A stretch of DNA of 60,473 bases, the filler included. It is 7 parts of 7 records of this genome, joined end to end, with 100 filler letters (N's around TTAATTAATTAA, not from the genome) between each part and the next. Parts side by side here need not be neighbours in the genome. Positions count along the whole stretch, not along the records: positions 48,269 to 54,760 come from SRR31156797_23722; positions 54,861 to 60,473 come from SRR31156797_23727; 5 more parts are not named here. One strand, given 5' to 3'. Under the pieces are notes generated by a model, which made no database searches, was not told the DNA's origin, and saw only the letters and a program-made list of their open reading frames with translations. The first letter of the stretch is position 1. Every line of letters starts with the position of its first letter. This document shows, piece after piece, positions 50,112-59,901 of the stretch. The translations under genes and the position numbers were made by a program.

Positions 50112-52574
50112 TCATGACTTGTTTAAAAGAAGGAGAAGGTGGTTGATCAGAGCACGGGAACTGAAAGGTTTGTCAATCAGTTCGTAGTGTTCCTCCTGCA
50201 GGATTGATTGAGTATATCCTGACATGAAGAGAACTTTCACCCGGGGATTGTCCTTTAATACGGCCTTATAGAGGTCCAGCCCATTCATTCCGGGCATCGA
50301 AACATCGGTTAAAAGGAGTTCGAGGGAACTCCACTCCCTGGCGATACCGAGAGCTTCATCGGGTGAATTGCTGAATTTGAGGTCTGCTCCTGTCTTCTCC
50401 AGAATAAGACGGGTGATCGAAAGGACATCCTCGTTATCATCCACGACAAGAATAGATTTATTCTTAAGAGAGCCGACTCCTTCCGCAGGTTGTTGTTCGT
50501 TTACCCCTGCCTCCTGCTCCTCTTTTTTCGGGGGAAGGTAGATTGATACTGTCGTTCCCTCTCCCTTCCGGGATTCTATCCCTATGGCTCCCCGGTTTTT
50601 CTTCACAATACCGTAGCATATAGAGAGTCCCAGTCCGGCTCCTCCAAACTGTACGCCTGTGGAATAGAAGGGATCGAGCAGTTTTGGTAAATCTTTCTCA
50701 GCGACTCCCACACCATCATCCCTGACGCTGAGGACGATATATCCTCCCGGCGGCACCTGAGGCGAAAGGATTTCGGACCTACTCTCATCAATCGCTACAA
50801 AATTCGTAGAAATTGTTATAGACCCTTTTTCTCCCGTTGCTTCAACTGCATTCTGAACCAGGTTTTCCAAAACCTGCAGGAGTTGATCGCGATTCGAAGT
50901 GACCTCCGGAATATTCATCTTGTATTCACAAACTATGTTCTTCCCCGGGGGGAGTTCCGGAGAAATCAGTTCTTTGAACTTCATGATTAACCCATTCACG
51001 TCGATGGAAGAACTATTTTTGATGTCCTGTTTGCTGTAAGAAAGGATTCTCCTCGAGAGGACGGACGCCTTCTGGGCTGATTCAAAGATGGCGTTGAAAT
51101 ATTTTCTCAAAGGTTCTGTCTGGTTGCAGCTTTCTTTTCCGAGTTCCGCGTATCCAAGTATGGGAGCCAGGATATTATTCAGATCATGGGCCATGTTGCC
51201 AGCCATTTGACCCAGCGACTCGAGTCGCCGTGACTGCTGGAGCTTCTTTTCCATAGCGGATTTCTGAAAATTGATATCTCTTAAAGCGGTCATATCCCGG
51301 ATCGAGGCTTGAAAGCACTTTTTTTTCTCCGGGCAATCAGAAAGAAGGGTCATGTTGACCAGGGTAAACAGTTCTTTTTTAGGCAAAACCTTGAAGAATA
51401 ATTCGACATTCTGGACCTTTCCTTGATCATTCAGAACGGTCACGGCCTGGTTCAATGTTCCTGCGTCGATCTCTCTGAAAAAATCCCTGAAATTGGAACC
51501 TATCAGAGTTTCTGATTTCTCGACTGAATTTTTGAAAGTCCGGTTGCATCTGAGAATATACCCTGTCTCCAGTTCTGCTGTAAAATAAAGGTCCGTTGAA
51601 TTATCGTAGAGTTCCTGGAACTCGGATTTGGCCTTCTGGTACGCCTCTGTCCTCTCCTGAACGGTGGATTCCAGTGTCTTGTTAAACATTTGCAGAGATT
51701 CTTTTCCCTCTTCCACCTCTTTTTCATAATAGAGAAGAATCGACTGGAGACGTCGGTTGAGGAGGAAGGTCGCAAGGAGGGAGAGGGCGGTGGCAATCAT
51801 ACTGATAATTATGACCTTCATGATCTCTTTCTGCACACTCTCTCGAATCACCTTCTCTTCTTTTTCAATCAGAAGTGTCAAATCGTCAAGGTAAACTCCT
51901 GTGGCAATTATCCAGTCAAAATCAGGATAGAGTTTGGCGAAGGTGAGTTTTTCGGCAATAATGTGGGAATCCTTTTTCTGAAACCAATAGGAAAACATAA
52001 TTTCTCCCTCTTTCTTTATGCCTTCCAGTTCAGTCAGATACGGGGTGTTGTCATGATTGTCCATTATCTCTGTGGAGAGATAGCGCCCTTCCGTTTCAAC
52101 GAGGTTGGGGTGAACCCGCCTGACAGCATAGTTTTTTCCCCCCTCATAGTTGAGGATTTCATTCACCCAGATATAACCTTTATCCGCCAGGGAAATCGCT
52201 CGTATCCTGTCGGCGATTCTTTCTTCTAATTCTTCCTCGTTATATAGGTTCTCTATTGAGACTTCGATTCCTTCCTCTTCGAGTTTGCTCTGAATGGATT
52301 CCAAATCCCGAAGATAGCTTTCCCGATCCATCTCAATATTCTGGATTGTGAGATCTACTATCTGTCTAAGATAGAATTCTTTATCTTTATAAGTTTTTTC
52401 AGTCACCATTTCCAGCTGATGATCGTATTCAGCGGTAAACCTCTGGAACAAAAGAAACGTAAAAATCAGGAGGAGGAAGTGGATTATGAATATGGTTGAA
52501 ATCAGATAGATTCTGACTATCCTTTTGTGGTAATGGGGATTTGTGTCTTTTGAATGCCGAATCGATAAAAACAT
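50112..52574 (-). CDS. Cache-domain hybrid sensor histidine kinase
   Basis: TM-Cache-TM (GYIWV, VHPN, Y.F.K, DWIIATGVY), PAS, AHDLNN, NAVEA, GLGL, REC. Confidence 0.9.
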   Translation of the reverse strand: MFLSIRHSKDTNPHYHKRIVRIYLISTIFIIHFLLLIFTFLLFQRFTAEYDHQLEMVTEKTYKDKEFYLRQIVDLTIQNIEMDRESYLRDLESIQSKLEEEGIEVSIENLYNEEELEERIADRIRAISLADKGYIWVNEILNYEGGKNYAVRRVHPNLVETEGRYLSTEIMDNHDNTPYLTELEGIKKEGEIMFSYWFQKKDSHIIAEKLTFAKLYPDFDWIIATGVYLDDLTLLIEKEEKVIRESVQKEIMKVIIISMIATALSLLATFLLNRRLQSILLYYEKEVEEGKESLQMFNKTLESTVQERTEAYQKAKSEFQELYDNSTDLYFTAELETGYILRCNRTFKNSVEKSETLIGSNFRDFFREIDAGTLNQAVTVLNDQGKVQNVELFFKVLPKKELFTLVNMTLLSDCPEKKKCFQASIRDMTALRDINFQKSAMEKKLQQSRRLESLGQMAGNMAHDLNNILAPILGYAELGKESCNQTEPLRKYFNAIFESAQKASVLSRRILSYSKQDIKNSSSIDVNGLIMKFKELISPELPPGKNIVCEYKMNIPEVTSNRDQLLQVLENLVQNAVEATGEKGSITISTNFVAIDESRSEILSPQVPPGGYIVLSVRDDGVGVAEKDLPKLLDPFYSTGVQFGGAGLGLSICYGIVKKNRGAIGIESRKGEGTTVSIYLPPKKEEQEAGVNEQQPAEGVGSLKNKSILVVDDNEDVLSITRLILEKTGADLKFSNSPDEALGIAREWSSLELLLTDVSMPGMNGLDLYKAVLKDNPRVKVLFMSGYTQSILQEEHYELIDKPFSSRALINHLLLLLNKS

Positions 52575-52632
52575 GATTTCATAGAATTATAAGGGATGGT
52601 TCTTTTTAATGCTACATTTTTAGGTGTATTGT

Positions 52633-54759
52633 TCAGGCTGTATTCGTCCCCTCTGCCCTGCTCGAACTACCGAGGCTCATAATCTTCTGATAGAGATGCG
52701 CCATGGTGAATGGTTTCTCGATGTAAGTTGTAATACCGTCGTTCCATTTTTCGTTAGAGAGCTCGTTATCGGTATACCCTGACATGAAGATGACCCCCAG
52801 TGCAGGGGTCTCCTGACGCAGGGCTGTAACCATTTGAACTCCACTCATTCTGGGCATAATGACATCGGTTAGGATGAGGCTGATCTCGGAGAGGTTTTTT
52901 GCAAAGATGGGCAGGGCTTCCTCTCCGTTTGAGGCTGTATGCACCTGATATCCCCATTTTCTTAAAAATGTCTCTATCATCTCCCTTACCTGATTATCAT
53001 CCTCCACCAGGAGGATCGAGCCTCTCCCCGGGGTATAGGGTGTTTCTGATTCCATCTCTTTTCCCGGGCTTTCAGAGCTCTCTTTCAGAACAGGGATGTA
53101 AATCACCATTTCGGTTCCTCTTTCGATCTCACTGTGAACGGAAATGAACCCATTATGCTGCTCAATGATCCCGTAAACCATGGATAATCCCAGACCTGTG
53201 CCTTGTTCCCCTTTCGTCGAATAAAAAGGCTCAAAAATTCGACTGGCGACCGCCTCGTCCATACCTTGTCCGGAATCAGTGATTTTCAATCGAATGAATT
53301 GTCCCTCTCCTCTCCAGTTCCACTGCTTTTCCAGGGGGGCTGTCAGATAAATCAGAGAGGATGAGAATTTTAATGTGCCCCCTTCCGGCATGGCGTCGCG
53401 GCTGTTTATGGCAAGGTTCATAATAACCTGTTCAAGCTGTCCCGGATCTCCGAGGATGAGAGGCATATTCTCATCAATTTCATAGGATATTTCTATGTTT
53501 TCAGGAATCGTCCGCCTTATCAATTTTTTGAATTCCTGGAGAAGGGTTCTCAAGTCTAAATCTGTGTAACTCATTTTCTGTTTTTTGCTGAAAACGAGCA
53601 GCTGTCGAACCAGTTTCTGGGCTCTGAGGGCCGCATTTTGAATCTCGTTTGCGAAGGTTTTGCCTTCAGGATCTGTACTCATCCTGTCTGCCAGAAGTTC
53701 TCCGTAACCCAGAATAGGTGTCAGAAGGTTGTTTAGATCGTGGGATATTCCGGCCGAGAGTTTGCCCAGGGCATTCAGTCTGTCGGCCTGTTGGACCATC
53801 AGCTCGGAGTTTACGATGTCTGTGACATTATCAATCCTGATTCCGATTTCCTTTTTTTTCTCCGTTCCCAGGGGGAAAATGTCGATATCGAAATAGCCAT
53901 CTATCTTTGGTAGATCCAGCTTGACTTTTGAGGATGTCATGACCTGCTGCTCGTAGAGGCAGTGAACAATTTTCTTCCGCAGACTGTTCAGAAATGGAAG
54001 GAGTTCGAAAACCTTTTCTCCCCTGGGATTTTTGCCTAGGTTTGGAAATACCTCCCGCAGCTTCTCGTTACAGAAGGTTAGTCTGTAGTCGCTGTCTATT
54101 CCCAGAATGAAGGAGGGCATTGAATTCATAATCGAGGAGAGGTGGAGTCTTAAGCTGTTGACCTCCTCCTGGCGGTGTTTTACAGCATTGATCATTTTAG
54201 TGAAATTATCTGCAAGAGAGTCGAATTCACCGTAGCTGACGTTCCACCTGAAAAAGTTATAATCTCCATCTTCTATTTTTTGGGTCACTCTTGTGAGAAG
54301 GTTGAGGGGGCGCATTATGCGCCTCGAGATCAGAACAGCCAAAGAGACACTCGCACCGATTGTTCCGGTAAGGACCAGGAGTATTATTTTTATAAGGATG
54401 ATAATTCTTGCATAAATCTCCGCTCGATCCTGATAGAGAAGAACAACCCAGTCAAAATGACCAATCTGTGAGTAGGCACAGAGGTAAGGAACGCCGTCTT
54501 TTCTGACCATCATCTGCCCTTTTTCTCCTGCCATTCCCCTTTTGACGGCCTCCTCATTGCTGATGTTCATACTCTGTTCCATAAGCTGCATTTCGGGATG
54601 AACGATGAGAGTCCCATTCTTGTCCGTTACCACGGCAAAACCGCTGTTGTTTATAGTCACCCCCTGAACCCGTCGGATAAGATGGTCAATATCAATAAAG
54701 CCGACGATTTTTCCGCGGCGGAAGTCTATGGTCGCGGCGATAAGAGGTCTTCCTGTTAA
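52633..54759 (-). CDS. Cache/HAMP/PAS hybrid sensor histidine kinase, 5'-partial
   Basis: Frame open to the contig end; G..IVHP, HAMP, SHDLNN, NSRDAM, GTGLGL, REC. Confidence 0.9.
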   Translation of the reverse strand, partial: LTGRPLIAATIDFRRGKIVGFIDIDHLIRRVQGVTINNSGFAVVTDKNGTLIVHPEMQLMEQSMNISNEEAVKRGMAGEKGQMMVRKDGVPYLCAYSQIGHFDWVVLLYQDRAEIYARIIILIKIILLVLTGTIGASVSLAVLISRRIMRPLNLLTRVTQKIEDGDYNFFRWNVSYGEFDSLADNFTKMINAVKHRQEEVNSLRLHLSSIMNSMPSFILGIDSDYRLTFCNEKLREVFPNLGKNPRGEKVFELLPFLNSLRKKIVHCLYEQQVMTSSKVKLDLPKIDGYFDIDIFPLGTEKKKEIGIRIDNVTDIVNSELMVQQADRLNALGKLSAGISHDLNNLLTPILGYGELLADRMSTDPEGKTFANEIQNAALRAQKLVRQLLVFSKKQKMSYTDLDLRTLLQEFKKLIRRTIPENIEISYEIDENMPLILGDPGQLEQVIMNLAINSRDAMPEGGTLKFSSSLIYLTAPLEKQWNWRGEGQFIRLKITDSGQGMDEAVASRIFEPFYSTKGEQGTGLGLSMVYGIIEQHNGFISVHSEIERGTEMVIYIPVLKESSESPGKEMESETPYTPGRGSILLVEDDNQVREMIETFLRKWGYQVHTASNGEEALPIFAKNLSEISLILTDVIMPRMSGVQMVTALRQETPALGVIFMSGYTDNELSNEKWNDGITTYIEKPFTMAHLYQKIMSLGSSSRAEGTNTA

Positions 54760-54760
54760 A

Positions 54761-54860
54761 NNNNNNNNNNNNNNNNNNNNNNNNNNNNNNNNNNNNNNNN
54801 NNNNTTAATTAATTAANNNNNNNNNNNNNNNNNNNNNNNNNNNNNNNNNNNNNNNNNNNN
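54761..54860. other. Artificial contig linker
   Basis: N44-TTAATTAATTAA-N44. Confidence 0.99.
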
Positions 54861-54931
54861 AAGCGCGGATATTATGATACGTTTTTTATAAATCAAACGG
54901 TCATAATGATGTCCGTTACGCATGGAGGCGC

Positions 54932-57355
54932 ATGATGTACGCATTAAGTCCTGTTTCTGACCGCGTTTTAAAGATGCGCGAAAAATACCGGGAAACGAAA
55001 CCCGAAATCTGCATGGCCCGCTACAAACTGGTTACCGACTTCTACAGGCAAAATCCTCAACTAACCGGGATTCTCAGACGGGCAAAAAACTTTAAAAACA
55101 TTTGTGAAAACATACCGGTTCGGATTGATGCGGGTGAGATCATCGTGGGGGCGCAATCCGGTAAATACCGCGCTGCCGCACTTTACCCGGAGATTTCAAT
55201 GAGCATGCTGCTTGAAGAGGTGAGAACCGGCCGCATTTCAACCAGACCGATTGACCCGTACATTATTTCTGAGGCAGACCGGGCTTACATATTGGAAACC
55301 GGCGCTTATTGGTTGGGCGAATGCCTGAGCGCCAAAGCGGATGCCAACACGCTGGACGGTTACGCCGCTCACGCTGGCAGCGGTACGACGACGTTCCGGC
55401 TGAAGGGCCAAAGCGTTGGGCCGGTGGGCCATTTTTGTGCTGGATATGAGCGCGCGATCAAAAAAGGCTTCGGCACGATAAAGGCCGAGGCCGAAAATAA
55501 GATGTCAAGGCTGGAACAACAGGGGCTATTAGGCGGTTTGGCCGAAGAATACAACTTCTATCGGGCGGTATCCATCGTCTGCGATGGAATGATTATACTG
55601 ACCAAGCGCTATGCCGCGCTCGCGGCCGCTTTAGCTGCTGAAGAGAAAGAGCCGAAACGTAAGCTTGAGCTGGAGTCCATGGCCGATACCCTTGGCTGGT
55701 GTATGGAAAAGCCATGCCGCAATTTCCATGATGCCGTACAATGCCTGTTTATGTATCAAACCTGCTTGTGCCTGGACGGAAATATGCACGGTATCAGCTT
55801 TGGGCGTGTCGATCAATATCTCGGCGATTTTTATGAAGGGGACATCGCAGCAGGCAGGATTACGCCGGATTTTGCCCAGGAACTGATTGATCTGTTTTAT
55901 CTTAAGGTCGCGGAAATGAATAAATACTTCGGCACGATGGCCGGAGGCGGTATGGGCGGCTATACCAGCGGTCAGCTTATGACGCTGGGCGGCCTTAAAC
56001 CGGACGGCAGCGACGCGACGAACGCCGTGACGTATATGATGCTGCAGACGTCGGGGCGGCTGCTGCTTCACGATCCGCCGCAGGCGCTGCGCATCCACAA
56101 GAACACCCCGCCCGAGCTTTGGGAAGCGGGGATTGAGACAACGAAGCTGGCCGGCGGTGTGCCGACTTTTCAAAACGACGAGCTTATAATACCGGCGCTG
56201 GTGGACCGAGGGCTTTCGTTGGAACGCGCGCGTAACTACTGCCTGATCGGATGTGTGGAACCGGCGGGAACCGGGGACGAGTGGCCGGCCTGCGGCGGCA
56301 ACGGGAGCGAATCCTTCTGGAATCTGGTTAATGCGCTGTGGCTGGCCATCAACAACGGCTGCAATCCCATGGCGGCAGATGACGGGGATCCCGAAAAGCA
56401 GGTCGGATTGCAGACCGGATATCTCTATGAAATGGAAACGTTTGAAGAGGTTCTGGAGGCGTTTAAAAAGCAGGTTGAGTACTTTGTAAAATGGCATGTC
56501 GCCAATACGAATAACTTCGAATATTTGGCGCGGGACTTGCTGCCACAGCCCGTTGTATCTGCGACGATGGAAGGCTGCATGGAAAAGGGCCTGGACGTGA
56601 TGTGCGGCGGGGCGAAATATAACTCGACCGGCATTGCCGGCGTCGGCATCGGAAATGTTGCGGATAGCCTCGGAATCATGAAGTATGTCATTTATGATAA
56701 GAAGCTGTGCACACCCGGTGAGTTTTATAAGGCGTTGATATCCGATTGGGAGGGCTATGAAGAGCTCCGGCTCTTTATAAAAAATGAGGCGCCCCATTAT
56801 GGGAACGGCCTGAAGGAAGTTGATCAGTATGCCGGCTGGGCGGCGGGTGTATTTGCCGATGCGGTTAATGCCTGTACAGGGCCGAGAGGCCGATACAGCG
56901 CCGGACTATATCCGGTCACGACAAACGTGGCGTTTGGGCGAAGAACTGCGGCGACGCCCGACGGGCGCAAGTCCGGTGAGCCTCTTGCGGACGGTATCTC
57001 TCCTGTTCAGCAGATGGATACGAAGGGGCCGACGGCGGCGCTGAGTTCCGTGGCTCATATCGATCAGAGTCAATTTCCGAACGGGACGCTTCTCAATATG
57101 AAATTCCATCCCAGCGCCATGAACGGACCCGACAGCGCCGTCAAGCTTTCAAACCTGATTCAGGCTTATTTTGACATGGGGGGTATGGAAATCCAGGTTA
57201 ATATCGTAAGCGCTGAACTGCTCAGGGAAGCTCAGAAACGACCGGAGGACTATAAGAATCTGGTTGTCCGCGTCGCCGGCTTCTCCGTTTATTTCGTCGA
57301 GCTTCATGCCGACTCTCAAAACGATCTTATCAGCAGGACGGAGCATTCATTTTAA
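54932..57355 (+). CDS. Glycyl radical enzyme, PFL2 / eliminase-dehydratase type, substrate unknown
   Basis: Gly loop LVVRVAGFS, single-Cys loop LIGCVEP, SFGRVDQYL, ATPDGR..GEPLADG.SP; RBS GGAGG. Confidence 0.93.
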   Translation: MMYALSPVSDRVLKMREKYRETKPEICMARYKLVTDFYRQNPQLTGILRRAKNFKNICENIPVRIDAGEIIVGAQSGKYRAAALYPEISMSMLLEEVRTGRISTRPIDPYIISEADRAYILETGAYWLGECLSAKADANTLDGYAAHAGSGTTTFRLKGQSVGPVGHFCAGYERAIKKGFGTIKAEAENKMSRLEQQGLLGGLAEEYNFYRAVSIVCDGMIILTKRYAALAAALAAEEKEPKRKLELESMADTLGWCMEKPCRNFHDAVQCLFMYQTCLCLDGNMHGISFGRVDQYLGDFYEGDIAAGRITPDFAQELIDLFYLKVAEMNKYFGTMAGGGMGGYTSGQLMTLGGLKPDGSDATNAVTYMMLQTSGRLLLHDPPQALRIHKNTPPELWEAGIETTKLAGGVPTFQNDELIIPALVDRGLSLERARNYCLIGCVEPAGTGDEWPACGGNGSESFWNLVNALWLAINNGCNPMAADDGDPEKQVGLQTGYLYEMETFEEVLEAFKKQVEYFVKWHVANTNNFEYLARDLLPQPVVSATMEGCMEKGLDVMCGGAKYNSTGIAGVGIGNVADSLGIMKYVIYDKKLCTPGEFYKALISDWEGYEELRLFIKNEAPHYGNGLKEVDQYAGWAAGVFADAVNACTGPRGRYSAGLYPVTTNVAFGRRTAATPDGRKSGEPLADGISPVQQMDTKGPTAALSSVAHIDQSQFPNGTLLNMKFHPSAMNGPDSAVKLSNLIQAYFDMGGMEIQVNIVSAELLREAQKRPEDYKNLVVRVAGFSVYFVELHADSQNDLISRTEHSF

Positions 57356-57422
57356 TACTGTGCTGAAACAGAACATTTTTAAATTGTAGAGATTAAAAAT
57401 TAATATATATGGAGGAAACACT

Positions 57423-58430
57423 ATGAAATCACAGCTGCACAGCCATCTGGTCAAGAAGCTTAATTGGACGGCTCCGCCAAAAGGTCTGTATCCATTTGAA
57501 AACATGTTTTGGATGGAAGGCAAACAGGACATGGAGGGCTTTAACGGATGCTTTGCGTTTACATTTGTCAAAGAGCCCTGTGTTTTTCATCCGATGGAAG
57601 GGATGGTTGTACATCCCTATGACGAGGTTCTCGTTTTTGCATCAACGGATTCAGACGATATACTGCATTTAGGCGCTGATATTTCTATTGAAATTGGCGA
57701 GGAACGTGAAACATATTCATTTAATCAAGCCTATGTCGTTTGTATCCCGCAAGGCATCCCGCATGGCCCTGTCAAAGTGACCAATGTAGAAAGGCCGTTT
57801 GCGCATTTTGTGATTTCAATGGATCCGCAATATCAGGCTGCCGTCATTCCAGCTTCGGAACTGAAAGCGCCCGTCCCGGGTAACAAATACAAGGATTTTG
57901 CCCACATATTTGCCAATCCGCCTTCGCAAAACAAGAATAAAGATGCTGACGGAAGCGGCATGGGATATAGCTTTGTCGTTGACGAACGCGGTGTTACGCA
58001 TCCGCAGGAAAGAGTGGGGCCGGGCGGGATGGGGCCCGGAAATGCCGACAGCCTGCTGTGGCTTTATGGGGACAATTTGCTTAATTTCAATCTCAACTTT
58101 CTCTGGGGGCACTATAGCCAGCCCGGAATCTGGCACCGCGGCGGTGAATCTCACAGTCATCCCGAGGAAGAGATACTTATTCATGTCGGGCTTGACGCGG
58201 ACAATCCGCATGAGATCGGCGCCTGCATCGAAATCGCCATGGGCGAAGAGGATGAGAGATATCCCTGTACTGAGCCGACCGTCTATATTCAGCCGAAGGG
58301 CTTTTCACATCTGCCGCAGATAACGCGCTGGGCCGATAAGCCCTACGGATTTATCGTCGTCAACATTGACGGGACGCACGATTCTCCCTGGAAAGAAAGA
58401 GACGGCTCCAAAACAGAATACGAGGACTGA
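57423..58430 (+). CDS. Tandem cupin-like (bicupin) protein of unknown function
   Basis: Internal duplication: HPYDEVLVF..LGADISIEIGEERE..CIPQGIPHGP and HSHPEEEILIH..IGACIEIAMGEEDE..IQPKGFSHLP. Confidence 0.7.
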   Translation: MKSQLHSHLVKKLNWTAPPKGLYPFENMFWMEGKQDMEGFNGCFAFTFVKEPCVFHPMEGMVVHPYDEVLVFASTDSDDILHLGADISIEIGEERETYSFNQAYVVCIPQGIPHGPVKVTNVERPFAHFVISMDPQYQAAVIPASELKAPVPGNKYKDFAHIFANPPSQNKNKDADGSGMGYSFVVDERGVTHPQERVGPGGMGPGNADSLLWLYGDNLLNFNLNFLWGHYSQPGIWHRGGESHSHPEEEILIHVGLDADNPHEIGACIEIAMGEEDERYPCTEPTVYIQPKGFSHLPQITRWADKPYGFIVVNIDGTHDSPWKERDGSKTEYED

Positions 58431-58448
58431 CAAATAAGCATTTCATGT

Positions 58449-58486
58449 GCTTCCTTTCGGCGTGATAGACCACGCCGAAAGGAAGC
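58449..58486 (+). terminator. Perfect 16-bp hairpin (terminator)
   Basis: GCTTCCTTTCGGCGTG-ATAGAC-CACGCCGAAAGGAAGC, followed by ctgttattttt. Confidence 0.8.
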
Positions 58487-58537
58487 CTGTTATTTTTCGT
58501 TTCGTCAAACGCTACCAAGCTTAATAAAGGGAGCTTT

Positions 58538-59710
58538 ATGAAATACCGTAAATTTGGAAAACTGCATTGGGAAATTTCTGAGCTTTCGCTCGGTGTTTTA
58601 AGGCTGGAAGACGTCGCCGCCGGGACGGAGGGAATGGATAGAGAAGCGAGAAACGCTACAATCCGCTACGCGATTGATCAGGGTGTCAATTATATCAATC
58701 TTGGTTATCCGGCCTGCTTTGAAGACCCGGAGGGGGAGTGCGCCGCCGTTGCAAAGGCGCTTGACGGCGGTTACCGGGACAAGGTTAAGCTGGCTGTTAA
58801 TATCCCCGGTCACAGCATCGCGTCGGTAAATGATTTAGATCGATTGCTCGAAACGCAGCGGCGCTGGTTTGGGCTGGATAAAGTGGATTTTTGTATCATT
58901 GACGGCGTCGATCGTTTCGTATGGGAAAAGCTCAGGTCAATTGGTTTTAGCGAGTGGGCGGACAATGTTGTCGGCTCGGGTCGTGCTGATTATATGGGCA
59001 TATCCTTTCATGATGACGCGCATTATCTCAATCAGATCAATATCGACTTTCCGCGCCTGAGCGTTGTCCAGCTGGAATTGAGCCTGCTGGACTATAAGCA
59101 TCATCCGGGGGTTGGGGGCTTTAAGTTTACCGAACAGTACGGCAATGCGGTTGTTGCCACAGACGTGACAAAGGCCGGACGGCTGCTTCATAACATTCCA
59201 CCGAACGTACAGGAAATCTGGGATCAGGCATCCCCGAAACGCAGTATTGCCGAGTGGTGTCTGCGCTGGACGCTCAATTTCAGTGAGGTTGCTTCTGCGC
59301 TGATTCATTGTGATACGGCGGAGCAAGTACGGTATTACATATTATACGCAGAAATGTTTAAAGCGGGAGATGCCGATGTTTGGGAGATGCTGCAAGCGGC
59401 AAAAATCCGTGACGCCTATTATTCAAACAGATTCATTCAATGTACGGCCTGCAGGTGCTGTATGCCGTGTGAAATCGGGATTGATGTCCCGCGCGTTATC
59501 GAGCTTTACAATGATTGTGTGATGTTCTCAGATGAGAAGCTGGCAGAATTGCGATACCACCTTGAAAATCATACTGCTGACGCGTGCATCGGGTGTCAAG
59601 CCTGCGTGAAAAGCTGCCCGAAGCATTTTCCGATAACAGATGTTTTAAGTCATTGCCGAAATCTTTTACATCTAGCTAAGCTGGGTGACAATCAGAGTAG
59701 GCCGGTATAG
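58538..59710 (+). CDS. Aldo/keto-reductase-fold protein with C-terminal Fe-S dicluster domain; catalytic tetrad degenerate
   Basis: MKYRKFGK....S.L.LG..RL, GISFHD, CTACRCCMPC and CIGCQACVKSCP. Confidence 0.85.
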   Translation: MKYRKFGKLHWEISELSLGVLRLEDVAAGTEGMDREARNATIRYAIDQGVNYINLGYPACFEDPEGECAAVAKALDGGYRDKVKLAVNIPGHSIASVNDLDRLLETQRRWFGLDKVDFCIIDGVDRFVWEKLRSIGFSEWADNVVGSGRADYMGISFHDDAHYLNQINIDFPRLSVVQLELSLLDYKHHPGVGGFKFTEQYGNAVVATDVTKAGRLLHNIPPNVQEIWDQASPKRSIAEWCLRWTLNFSEVASALIHCDTAEQVRYYILYAEMFKAGDADVWEMLQAAKIRDAYYSNRFIQCTACRCCMPCEIGIDVPRVIELYNDCVMFSDEKLAELRYHLENHTADACIGCQACVKSCPKHFPITDVLSHCRNLLHLAKLGDNQSRPV

Positions 59711-59740
59711 GTCTTTGTTGCGAGCGTCACAAAATGCAGG

Positions 59741-59767
59741 TGCCACAGCTAAAAGCTGTGGTATTTT
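59741..59767 (+). terminator. Intrinsic terminator
   Basis: TGCCACAGCT-AAA-AGCTGTGGTA-TTTT. Confidence 0.65.
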
Positions 59768-59840
59768 GCGTTCTATGGGTTCGCTTGTTTGATAAGAGCT
59801 GTGGCGGGTTTAACAAATCTACAGGCTTAGTAATACCAAT

Positions 59841-59882
59841 AAAAAGCCCACTATGGTATTTTCGGTTATACCAAGTGGGCTT
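59841..59882 (-). terminator. Intrinsic terminator of the DUF445 gene
   Basis: AAAAAGCCCACTATGGTAT-N8-ATACCAAGTGGGCTT; the A run reads as a U tract on the minus strand. Confidence 0.7.
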
Positions 59883-59901
59883 ATATAAAATGTAATAGAC
59901 G

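Noticed and set aside
20954-54860. Six recurring N44-TTAATTAATTAA-N44 blocks, and any gene neighbourhood spanning them
   Set aside because: Artificial linkers. Composition and apparent taxonomy change at each one, so cross-linker associations and ORF tails ending in X..LIN are artefacts.
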